Shown here piece by piece: positions 50,074 to 62,021 of a DNA stretch of 64,000 nt (its first letter is position 1; each line of letters opens with the position of its first letter). The translations under genes and the position numbers were made by a program. The DNA is from Chiloscyllium plagiosum. Taxonomy: Eukaryota. The notes beneath the pieces are model-generated. The model saw only the letters and a program-made list of their open reading frames with translations. It did not search any database and was not told where the DNA came from. The DNA lies in NCBI RefSeq assembly GCF_004010195.1, contig NC_057753.1:1943243-2007242 (forward strand). Direction: 5' to 3'.

Positions 50074-52676
50074 TAGAACATAGAAAAGTACAGCGTAGAA
50101 CAGGCCCTTTGTCCCACGATGTTGAACCGAGATTTAATCCTGATGCAAAATATAGTAACTTAACCTATGCACCCCTCAACTCACTTCTATCCATGAGCAT
50201 GTCCAGAAATCGCTTAAATGTTCCCAATGACTCTGCTTCCACCACTTCAGCTGGCAACGCATTTCATGCATTCACAAAAACTCTGCGTAAAGTACCTACC
50301 TCTGACGTCTTCTTTATGCCTTCCTCCTAATATATTCAAACTATGACTTCTCGTGCCAATCAATCCTGCCCTGGGGAAAAATCTCAGGCTATTGACACTA
50401 TCTATTCCTCTCATTATCTTGTATACTTCGATCAGGTCTCCTGTCTTCCTCCTTCTCTCCAAAGAGAAAAGTCCGAGCTTATTCAAACTTTCTTCATAAG
50501 GCAAGCTTTCCAGTCCAGGCAGCAGCCTGGTAAACTTTCTTTGCACCCTCTCCAAAGCCTCTGTATATTTCCTATAATAGGGCGACCAGAACTAGACACA
50601 GTATTCCAAGTGTGGTCTCAACAGGGAATTGTAGAGCTGCAGCAAAACCTCGCGGCTCTTAAACTCGATCCCCCTGTTTATAAAAGCGAAAACATCATCT
50701 GCTTTCTGAACAACCCTATCCACTTGGGTGACAACTTTGAGGGATCTATGCTCTTGCACACCCAGATCCCTCTGTTCCTCCACAATGCCGAAAATCTTGT
50801 CTTTAATGCTATATTCAGCATTTGAGTTCGACCTTCCAAAGTGCATCACTTCATTTTTCTCCAGGTTGAACTCCATCTGCCATTTCTCAGCCCAGCTCAG
50901 CATCCTGTCTATGTCGCGCTGCAACCTGCAGTAGCCCTCCATACTGTAAGCGACACCTCCAACCTTTGTGTCATCTGCAATTTTACTAACACCACCCCTC
51001 AACCTCCTCATCCAAGTCATTTATAAAAACTACAAAGGGCAGAGGCCCAAGGACAGAGCCCAGCTGGACCCCACTCAATATTGTCCTCCTAGCAGAATAC
51101 TTTCCATCTACAACTACTCTCTGCCTTCTGTTAGCCAACTAATTCTAATAGCCAAATCTCCTTGTATCCCATACTTCCTACATTATGAGTGAGCCTACCA
51201 TGGCGAACCCTATCAAATGCCTTGCTCAATTCCATGTATACCACATCCACTGCTCGACCGTCGTCGACCTGTCTTGACACCTCCTCAAAGAACTCAATAG
51301 GATTTGTGAGGCATGGCCTGCCCCTCACAAAGCCATGCTGACTGCCTTTAATTACACTATACTTTGCCAAATAGTCATAAGTCCGATCCCTCAGAATTCT
51401 TTCCAAAACTTTGCTGACCACAGACGCAAAACTGACTAATCTGGAATTGCCAGGGATTTCCCTATTACCCTTCTTGAAAAATGGAACAACTTTCGCCTCC
51501 TTTTAATCCTCTGGTGCGACTCCCATGGAGAGTGAGGAGGCAGTTATCCTCGCCAGCGGCTTAGCAACCTCCTTAACAGCCAATGATAAATCTGATCTGT
51601 CCCTGGGGACTTACCATTCTTAATATTTTCCAACATTTCTGGCGCATCAACTTCATCAATCTTGATCTGTTCAAGACTGTATCTCAGCTCCTCTAAGTTA
51701 TCATTTATAACAAGTTCCCTTTCCTTGGTGAAAACCGAAGCAAAAAGCTCACTTAGGGCTTCCCCTATCTGCTCAGACTCCACGCACAACTTAACTCCGC
51801 TATCCCTGATCGGCCCTAACTTCTCCCTGATCATTCTCTTATTCCTCATGTATGAGCAAAATGCTTTTGGGTTCTCCCTAATTCTTCTTGCCAAGCCTTT
51901 TTCGCCCCCCCCCCCGGCTCTCCTCAGTTCATTTCTGAGCCCCTTTCTAGGAAGCCTGCAATCCTCTAAAGCTGTGCCAGATCCTTGCCTCCTCCACCTT
52001 ATAAAGCTGCCTTGTTCCTTTTGACGGGAAGTTCCACTGTTGTCGGCATCCAAGGTTCTTACCTGTCTCAGAGGAACAAATGTTTGCATCACTCGAAACA
52101 ACTGCTCCTTAAATAGTCTCCACATGTCTGCTGTTCACTTTCTGTGGAACAATTGCTCCCAGTTTGTACTTCCCCACTCCTGCCTGACAGCGTCATAAGT
52201 TCGATTTCCCCAATCAAATACCTGCCATTGGTAACTGCTCCTTTCACTGGCCAAGGCTATGCTAAATGTAAGGCAGTTGTGATCACTTTCACCAAAGTGC
52301 TCTCCCACCGCGAGATCTGACACCTGTCCTGGTTCGTTGCAGAGTACCAAATCAAAAATGGCCTCTCCCCTCGTCGGTCTGTCGACATACTGAGTAAGGA
52401 AACCCTCCTGAACATTACTGACAAAAGAACGGCTCCATCCAACCATCTGCATGTAGGAGCTTCCAGTCGATATTGGGAAAGTTGAAATGACCCATGACAC
52501 CAATCCTGCTACTTGTGCATTTTCCCATATTCTGCCGGCCTGTGAGATCTTCAATCTCTCTACTGCTATTAGGTAGTCTGTAGAAAAAGCCCAATGCGGT
52601 GACTGTTCCCTTGCTTTTCCTTTCTTCTACCCATACTGACGCAGGAGACAAACATTTCTCAACAACCTTCGTTTCT
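50074..52676 (-). mobile_element. 5'-truncated CR1 LINE (endonuclease part, RT, 3' tail); frameshifted
   Basis: FNFPNIDW, PTRGEAIFDLVL..ESDHN, QHGFVRGR, ELSKAFDRVRH, IADDTK, RPHLEYCV and MERVQRKFTRLLPG; tagaacatagaa tail. Confidence 0.92.
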
Positions 52677-53112
52677 GTAAGGCCCTATGGAGTGTTGCTG
52701 AACTAAGAGACCTTGGGGTGCAGGTTCATAGTTCCTTGAAATTAGAATCGCAGTTAGATAGAATAAGGAAGAAGGCGTTCGGTACGCTTTCCTTTATTGG
52801 TCAGAATATTTAGTATAGGAGTTGGGAGGTCATTCCTCCCTATCAGAAGGATGTTGTGAAACTTGAAAGTGTACAGAATAGCTTTACAAGGATGTTGGCA
52901 GGCGTGGAGGATGGAGCTACATGGAGAAGCTGGATAGGTTAGAGTTGTTTTCCCTAGAGCGTCAGAGGCTTCGGGTCACATTATTGAGGTTTATGAAATC
53001 ATGAGAGGCATGGAAAGGACAAATGGACAAATTATTTTCCCTGGGATGGGGGAGTCCAGAACTATAGGTTATGGGTTTAGGTGGAGAAAGGAATGATTTA
53101 CGAGGGACCTTA

Positions 53113-53462
53113 TTAGATTAGATTCCCTACCGTGTGGAAACAGGCCCTTCAATCCAACAAATCCACATCGACCCTCCGAAGAGCAACCTACCCCTCTCTG
53201 ACTAATGCACCTAACACTATGGGCAATTTAACATAGCCAATTCACTTGACTGCACATCTTTCAACTGTGGGAGGAAACCGGAGCACCTGGAGGAAACCCA
53301 TGCAGACATGGGGAGAATGTGCAAACTCCACACAGACAGTTGCCCGAGGATGGAATTGAACCTGGGACCCTGTTGCTGTGAGGCAGCAGTGCTAAGCACT
53401 AAGCCAGGTAAAAACAATGACTGCAGGTGCTGGAACCTAAGCACTGAGCCACCATGCTGCCC
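53113..53462 (-). mobile_element. V-SINE (HE1-like) with a 30-nt insert in its tRNA head
   Basis: ttagattagatt tail and V core; the head is interrupted at 53407-53436. Confidence 0.88.
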
Positions 53463-54264
53463 AATTGACAAATACGTTTGCGTGTTTAAAATTAACTCTT
53501 TTGACAAACAGTGTTGTCAAGGCGAATTCAGCATCTTTCTAGAGTGTCGCCCCATCACGGCTGTTTGTGTCAGAGGCGGATGTTTGCAGCTTAGTCTAAA
53601 AGACCGACAGTGACACTGGATTGGTTACATTGTTTGGATAAATTTTTGGTGAATGTGTCAATTGTTGTAGTGCGGCTAACACCAGGATCTGGACCACAAT
53701 GAGCAAGCCAGGAGAGCAGGACAAGGTCGACGTCAATCGGGATATCTGAGTCCGTTTTCTGGGTAAGAATCAGTCAGGAAACTGCCCTCAAGTGTTTCGA
53801 GGGGACGGAAGGAGAGAGAATCCAGGCTGTGCATTAAGCCCGATCCCATTCCAGTTCCGGGATTTTATCTCACACCCCCGTGACTAAAACAGCAGCAAAT
53901 CCCTGCTTTTTGAAAATGAAAGTATAATTCACGATCCGACTGTTTTTAGTCCTCAACGTGGGACAATAAATAATCTTGAACAAAGTTAATTTAAAGTCCA
54001 CTCCTAGCACTGTGAGGACTGCTGTTCACATTTCACTCTGACATATTTGCTGTCTCAGAGAGAAGTCATTTTACAAACTGTTTCAGTACTAGTTTCGAGT
54101 TCTGTGAAACTATCCAGGCGATAAGAACCCCCACCCATCAGACAGAATTGAAGACTTGCAGCGCAAGACACTCAGGGCTCAGCCGATAATCAGGGTGTAT
54201 TAGACAAGCATTGCTAGAACATGTGATTACAAGAGTAACAACCGTGAAATGATAGGCTTAGTAA

Positions 54265-54382
54265 CCACCTGATAAAAGAGCAGCGCCTCGAAAGCTAGTG
54301 CTTCCAAATAAACCTGTTGGACCTGGTGTTGTTTGATTTTTAACTTTGTGCACCCCAATCCAACACCGGCTCCTCTAAATCA
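54265..54382 (+). mobile_element. PLE-type pLTR fragment with a hammerhead motif (G8>A)
   Basis: CAC-CUGAUAA-AA-GAG...CUC-GAAA-GCUA^GUG, then aataaacctgttgg. Related decayed minus-strand copies lie at ~4320-4397 and ~49770-49860. Confidence 0.6.
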
Positions 54383-55256
54383 GTGTAGTTTTTCACACAA
54401 CATGTGGTGCGTGTATGGAATGACCTACCAGAGGAAGTAGTGGGAGCTGGTATAATTGCAGCATTTAAAAGGTATCTGGCTGGGAATATGAATAGGAAGT
54501 GTTTCGAGCGATCCGGGCCAAGTGCTGGCAAATGGGGCCAGATTAAGTTAGGATATCTAGTCGGCATGGACGAGTTGGACCAAAGGGTCTGTTTCTGTGC
54601 TGTACATCTCTCAGACTTTAAGATGTCCTCGCAATGGAATTTGCATTTTTTAATGCAAGTGTTTGACATGTATCCGCAAAATGATCTGATAAAAGTGCTT
54701 GGGAAGGGTTGAAATAAATAATATTGTATACAGAATCCAAGTGTGAGTTCAATTATTCAATGAGATCATGGCTGATTTGACAATCCTCAGTTAAAATTTC
54801 CTGACTTTCACCTGGAACCCTTGACTCTTACTGGTTAAAAATCTATCTATCTCAGCCTTCAGTATACATTATGGCACAGCCTTTACACGTCTGACTGTGA
54901 ACAACTCCACCATGTTGATCCTTTGTGAAACAATTAATTCGTCCTTGTTTCTGTCATAAAGAAACAAACGCTCACTCTGAGATTATAACTCTAATCCTGG
55001 ACTTGCCCACAACGAAAAACAAACTCTCAACACCTACCACTCTACGAAGTATTTGTGTTTGAGTAAAGTCGTTTCTTATTGTCTTAAACTCCTATGTTAC
55101 TACCGAACCTAATTGACCTCTGCTCAGGAGAAAATCACCCCATGGCTAGCTTTAGTGACTCTTCTCCAGATTGCTTCGAACACCATTATTTCTTACCTTA
55201 TCTCAGAGGATAAAAACTGTTCACAGTATTCTCAGCATGGTCTAAATAGTACCTTG

Positions 55257-55478
55257 GAGAAAGTAAGGATGCAGATTTTGGAGATTAGAGTCAAAGAGTG
55301 TGGTGCTGGAAAAGCAAAGCCGGTCAGGAAGCATCCGAGGAGCAGCAGAGTCGACGTTTCGGGCATAAACCCTTTATGAAGAAACTACCTGATGAAGGGC
55401 TTATGCCAAAAACGTGTACGCTCCTGCTCCTGTGATGTTGTCTGATTGGCTGTGCTTTTCCACTACCGCACTCTTTGA
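55257..55478. mobile_element. Palindromic PLE pLTR insertion with a 15-bp TSD
   Basis: TSD ctaaatagtaccttg (55242-55256) and ctaagtagtaccttg (55479-55493). Inverted arms agtcaaagagtgtggtgctggaaaagc... / ...gcttttccactaccgcactctttgact. Each arm has a mutated hammerhead core. Confidence 0.8.
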
Positions 55479-56424
55479 CTAAGTAGTACCTTGTGCAGTT
55501 TTCACACGGCTTCCATATTTCTATATTGCATTCCATTAGACAAAGACAAATTCCAGTTGCCTTCCTGATCTGCTGAAGCTGTATGCAAGGCTTTTTTGAT
55601 TTATACAATATGACCCTCAAATGCGTTTGTGCAGCAGTCTTTGCGGATAATAGAGCCTTGATTCTTCTTCAAAATATTGTTTCCCACTTCTATCCCTCCA
55701 CCAAATATTTTAAAGTCACTTAATTTGTCTGTATTACTCTGCAGAAGTTTTGTGTCATCCTCACCATTTATCTTGCCCCCAATCTTTCTGACACCGCACT
55801 CAGTTGCCTCATTGACGTCATAAATACATGTTCTCAATAATTGTAATACCAGTACGATCCCAGTAGCAATCCACGAACTGTAGATTACCATCTGGCACTC
55901 TGTTTTCTATTATCTAGCCCGCTCTCCATCCATAGAAATATCCGACTCAGCCACTTTGCATTCTCATTAAGGACGATTATGTGCAGGTCCGTATACAATA
56001 GCTTTTCTAAATTCAGGTATGTGTAGGTGCTCCTTTATCTTCTTGCTTTTTACCTCCTCGAAGAATTATAACAAATTTGTCCACTATGATTCCCATTAGG
56101 ACGAAGCCATGTTGAATCAACTTGGTTCTGTTATCAACTTCGAAATATTTTCCAATTGCATCATGTATAATAGACTATAACATTTCTCTCATGAAAATGT
56201 TTGAGCTAACGAACCTATTCTGTTGTTTTTCAATGCTTTGGGACATTTCCAGAAGTCCAGGTTCTGGGAAATTTACTGCCATGCATCCATTGTCTGTTTA
56301 GCTACTTCCCTTGACATCCAAGGAAACAGTCCAATGCATATCGGCTTCTTGCATGAGCAATTTCCAGACTAATTTTTCTGTTGTGATAATCATTGCATTT
56401 ACTTCCTCCGCTACTATTGTCGTA

Positions 56425-56957
56425 ATGTCATAGCGTCATAGGGATGTACAACACTGAAACAGATCCTTCGGTCTAACACGTCCATGCCAACAAGATATCT
56501 CAACCCAATCTCATCCCATCTGCCAGCACTCAGCCCATATCCCTCCAAACCCTTCCTATTCATATACCCATTCAAATGCCTCTTAAATGTAGCAATTTTT
56601 CTAGCCTCCACCACTTCCTCCATACATGTACCGCCCTCTGTGTGAAAATTTTGCCCCTTAAGTCTCTTTTATATCTTTCCCCTCTCAGCCTAAACCTATG
56701 CCCTCTAGTTCTGGACTCCCCTACCCCAGAGAAAAGACATTGTCTATTTATCGCATCCGTGCCCCTCATGATTTTATATATAAGGTTATATAAGGTTATC
56801 CCTCAGCCTCTGATGCTCCAGGGAAAACAGCCCAAGTCTGTTCAGCCTGTCCCTCTAACTGAAAGCCTTCAACCCTGGCAATGCCCTTATAATTCTTTTC
56901 TGAACCCTTTCAAGTTTCACTATATCTTTCCGATAGGAAGGAGACCGGAATTGCACG
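56425..56957 (-). mobile_element. CR1 3' fragment
   Basis: Peptides ESRTRGHRFRLRGERYKRDLRGKIFTQR and IATFKRHLNGYM; gtcatagcgtcata tail. Confidence 0.85.
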
Positions 56958-58955
56958 TACCCATTTAATATGCATCACTATAAGAATGCTGGAGGTGGTT
57001 ATTTGCATGTATGGGCTAATTCAGATACCCACCCCACACCAAACCATGCCTGTTCGTGAGATTTTCTGAAGGAATACTTCATTCACCATGCTGTGTTCCC
57101 TCATAACAAATTATTGTTCTTTGTGATAGTTGGTGGAGCAGCAATGCAAACTCATTCTCCAGCTGGAAATTTGCACTAAGAAATCGTGTTCATTGCATCT
57201 AACTCTAAACACGAGAATATTAAATAAATTTTTCAGAGACAAAGAGAGCTTTGTGATTAATGCTGCTTCTGAATTCGAACGAAACTCACCTTCACTGCAG
57301 GCTATAATTCACCCTCTCTTTTGTTATCCGTACAGTATGACTCCTGCCTTAAAAACTCAAAAAAAGGAACACTCAGAAGAGAGAAATAGAATCAATGGTT
57401 TTGCTCCACGACTTGAGATATTATCAGTGATTAAAGAATTTAACATGGCAGGCAGTGAGAATTTATAATAATGTAATATGCTTTTGACGCAGGTAGACAA
57501 ATGAATTTGGGAAAGGTTTTGGTGATCGTGCTCCTCTAGAAAAAGACAATGGAACTAAAATTATCTCTTGTAAACCTTTCTGAATGTAGGCTATAATAAA
57601 AATTAACCCATAAAAACTAACATATTTCTTTCGAGATTAGGGTTTAATGGTGTGCACAATCAACCCAAGTCAATGAATTGAGGATACAGAGTTAACTTTG
57701 TTCCATACCATTTAAGGAAAAGTTTATTGGGAGTGTAACATGGACTTGAGATTATGTTTGGGTTCTGCCTTATATACTGGAACTCCCTGCCATCATACCT
57801 TGCCATCATCTCGTTTGAGAATCGTCATCAAGTCAAATATTTTGTTGCCAGAACTATCAAGAGATTTAGACCATCAGTACTCATAAAATAAAGTCTTCAG
57901 ATTAGAAAGAAGGTAATTCCAAGTCAGACACGAAGTGTAAGATTTAAGAGAAGAATAATAACTTACTGGGATTGAGTATATGGAAATGCTATTGTTTGGG
58001 AATAAGTTGAACTGTTATTTTACAAATTATATTAATATCCTTGCAAAATATCATATGTAACCATCCTGTTGGTGACTTTTGTCTCTTGAAGTTCTACGAA
58101 TTTGAATCTTTTCTTTCCAGCAATTCAACCTCAACTACTCTTGATTTTGAACACTTCTTTCACATATCTCAAACTTTTCTTCCGTCAGTAAAATAGCCTC
58201 ACGTTCTCCAAAAATGTCTTCTTAACCCAAGTCAGTCATCACTGGAATATTTTGGTCAAAAATTTCTGCACACCGGCCAATGCTTTCACAACGATCTGGA
58301 ATAGTGTTAACAGGTATTAAAAGTCCAAGCGATCTTACATTGTGTTTATTGTTAAAAAATATATTAATTTATGCATCCTGTAAAACTGTCCTGCCACTTT
58401 TCTGTAATACTATGCATATGTCCCGTGGTATCGCTGCCACTTCAGGATTATGGGATGTTCAGCTCCCCACTGTGCAACTCTAGTGATTGGTGTGTCTGGC
58501 CTCAACAGCAAACAGGACTGTGGGTGCATAGTGCAATACGATCAAACAAGTATTTCAGATAGTGACGATACGGAAATGTAAACACCTGCATTTTGACTTG
58601 CATCATTTGATAACTGTGAATTCGGACCTTAGAATTGTTCTTTAACGCTGGATGGAGATTCAAGATGAAGACCTGCATATTTGCTGAGAGTTCCACTTAA
58701 TCTGGCTCATTATTAATACAGAGATTTAAGTTATAATTTTTGCCTTCCTGCTATGCTGACTGTCTTTCCTCTTACCTTCTGCTTACTCTAATGCAACCAA
58801 ATGTACAGAATTACACATAGAGTTCTCGGTTTCTTGCGACAAGTCATTGATAGATTTCATAACAAGGCATAATTACTCAATGAGGAGCACGCAATACAAG
58901 GGAAATTCAACATGTTTGTGACTTCCCATTAATACATTTTAAACAGTTGCATAGC

Positions 58956-59425
58956 CATAGTCATAGAGCCTTAGAGTCATACAATACGGAAACAAACACT
59001 GAAACAGACCAATCCAACCATTTAATGCCGAGCATAATCTCAAATTAAACTAGTTCCACCTGCCAATGCTCGGCCCACATTCTTACAAACATTCCTTATT
59101 TATGTACTTCGCTAAATGTCTTTTAAATGTTGTAACTATCCTCCACTTCCTCTGGCAGTTCGTTCTAGATATAAACCACTCTTTGTGCAAACATGAATTC
59201 TCCCCATCGCTCCTTTTATATCTTCTGAAACCCTTATCCCAATGTGATGCAAAGTTCAAAGAATTATGTCTCGAAATCCCCAGGTGTCCCTGTTCTTCAA
59301 CACTGCCCAAAGCCCTACGTTTAGTTGTATGCCTTGCCTTTGTTTGTTTCACCAAAATGCAGTAAATCGCATTGACCCAAATTAAACTCCAACCGCCACT
59401 CTTCAGCACATCCCACAAAATTGAC
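58956..59425 (-). mobile_element. Old CR1 3' fragment, paralog of 10208-11010
   Basis: catagtcatagag tail; peptides LGSVEEQGHLG and VTTFKRHLAKY. Confidence 0.7.
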
Positions 59426-59777
59426 AGGAATGCTAAAAACAAACATCCATCTGAAATGTAATTCCATCTTGTGAGTTGCTGCCTTTTACAAAGCAGATTG
59501 AAGCATTTTGGTAGGGTTTCTGAAAAAAGATATCTGGAGAATCATCACAGCAGAGAAATGCCTCCTGATTCACTGGTACAAGGAAATTCTCCAACATCGT
59601 TATGATCAGGTATAACCATGCTACCAACACATGCATCACTTTCATCACAGCAGAAAAGAGGGAAAACGTCGATGCTGAAAAAATAACGAAAAGTTTATAG
59701 GTTACTGATATCGGTTTAAAGGTCAAATGTTCATGCTTATCAGCAAAAAAACCCAGAAACTAATAATTATCGAATGC

Positions 59778-60662
59778 TGTTATGAAGGTGTAGAGCTGGA
59801 CTGTACCTTGAAGAGAGTTGAAAAGCTAGCAAGGACTGAAAAAGCACAGAGACCTGAACAAAGTAACAATGCAAGGAAGAAATCCCCACAACCTCACCGT
59901 TCTCCAAATTCTCACTCAAGCCCCTCGCCCACATGTGTCATTCCCAATGAACAGCTTATGCCCGAACCTTCAATTCTCCTTTACCTCGAACGCTTCCTTA
60001 AATGCTTTGCCTTTCCAGCACCACCCTCTCGGAACTAACAATGTAGCATTTGGTCGAAACAAATAGCAGCATTTGGGTCGCCATGAAAAAAAAATCTGAC
60101 TCTTCTAATCAATGTAAGTTATATCCCAAGATACCAAACTTCAATCAAATTTAAATATAATAGTTTGATAATATTAAAACCAATGAAACGATCTGATGTT
60201 TTGGGGTACAAAACCGGACACTTTGAACAGTTGGGAAGAACTGCCGAAGATCGACAAGCAAAGACTGCGAGCTGAAGACGTCTCTAAAAGGTACCTATCT
60301 GTGGGGGAATGCGCAGCAGAACATCGAGGCCGACACGGAGAGGACCTACAAAGGATAATTGGCAACGCAGACTGGCTTTGAAACGTGATTATTTTCTTTT
60401 TGTAAATCTTAATGTTTTTTTTTAAATCGGACCATTATTGCATAATGGGAGGGAAAAGATTGGTTTAACAGAAATGAGTTGTAAATAGTTATTGGTTTTA
60501 ATATACTCTGTTGGACTTAAAGAATAAAATTGTTAATTTCACTTTAAATAGTGACCTCTGGGATAATTCTTTGCCTTTTGAATTTTCACAGATTACAGTG
60601 TGAGGTGAGCTTTTTCTGTGCCACTGGTTTAAATTAGCAGAGGGGTTTACCCTGTCTTAATA
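59778..60662 (+). mobile_element. Probable solo LTR with a nested PLE fragment (59872-60035, TSD taacaatg)
   Basis: Starts TGTTA, has AATAAA at ~60523, ends ...gtcttaata (possibly a decayed TAACA), and is absent from the paralogous 11.3 kb position. No clean TSD for the LTR itself. Confidence 0.45.
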
Positions 60663-61394
60663 ATATCTCTTGTAAAATAAACGATTACTAACAATGAATT
60701 CGATACTTCGATGAAAACGTTCTCTCCGATGTGGAAGTCTTGCAGAAACAATGACTCATTTTTTTTATTTCTGACCATTTGGCAAAAAGACGTTTTCAAC
60801 TATTATATAGAAAACATCATCGAGTCGACGTAAGAATAATAACTTCCTATATTTCTAGAAAAAATAAAGTATCATTTGCATCTATGATGTTGCAGTTCAT
60901 TCAACTTTCATGAACATTCCCATCTATCATACAATTTTACTTCTCGTTAACACAGTGTTATGGACAGTGTGGGATTGGATTCTGTCATTGCAAGCAACGT
61001 GATATCACACGAGGTACTCTTACTTCCAGTCGGTTAGGAATGGCATTTCCCACGTGAAGAAATACCAGCATACCACCATTAATCGAAAGGTGCATAGGCT
61101 TGTTCAGGAAATCAATGCAGAATTCGTGCCTTTTTAAGCCACATATTATCTCCCTAATACTCTGTTTAAACTAATAAAAAAACTTTTTCTTGTATACCAT
61201 CAGTGGAGAGATAATCGAAACTTGGAGGAAGGATCTTCTTTCTTTTTTTTAAATATTGGTCCCGTTAACAGACTGATTCACATAATACCGAAGAAAGACA
61301 GAACCATAGTAAACACAGAGAGATGGTTTTATTTTTCAATATATATATATATATGGGTGACATTTCACAACCCCGGGGATTCACGTTTGATTCC

Positions 61395-61660
61395 CATTTT
61401 CTGAGTGGAGGTTGCACGTGCGCCCCGTGTGTGCGTGGGTTTCGTCCAGGTGCTCCAGTTTCCTCTGACTGTGTTAAGATGTGCATGTTAGGTGAATTGA
61501 TCATGTTAAGTGTTTGTGGATGCGTAACCTAGCTGGATTAGTCATTGCAATTGCCATGTTGCGGGGATAAGATGGGGCTTAGGTAGGTGGGATGCTCTTC
61601 AGAGGGTCTTGATGGTCCGAATGGCCTCTTTCTGTTCTGTATGTTTCAAAGATTCTATGT
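61395..61660 (+). mobile_element. Diverged V-SINE lacking a clear head
   Basis: gtggaggttgcacg...ccccgtgtgtgcgtgggtttcgtccaggtgctccagtttcctc core and gattctatg tail. Confidence 0.7.
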
Positions 61661-62021
61661 GCCTTTATCTTAGAATGTTTGCTTAGTGATTCCAGTAAAA
61701 TAGCCATTATTTAACATTTTATTTGATCATATTCATTACTTATGTCATTGATTAACTTTTTCACCCAGTGAGAACAGGAACCACTGCGTGTGTTAAAATG
61801 CCTCTGCAAGACGAACTTACCATCTAACTTCATTATGTAAGTGACAGGTTTTATAAACCCGGGGCAAAATGGATGGATTTTCACCGGGGCACAAGTGACA
61901 CTGGGAAATTATTGCAGTCCACATAAGATGGAATGTCAATGGGGTTGCAGGCCATTGTATGGAAGTATGTCGAGATTCTAAAATGTGCTCATTGTCAGAA
62001 AATAATAGACTTCTGAATTTA

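Larger units (their letters stand above)
52680..54620 (+). mobile_element. CR1 3' fragment split in two (52680-53110 and ~54386-54620) by a ~1.27-kb composite insert
   Basis: The left part ends ...gggacct. The right part resumes with tttttcacaca...gtggtgcgtgtatggaatga, the expected continuation when compared with the intact copy at 56425-56957. Confidence 0.7.
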
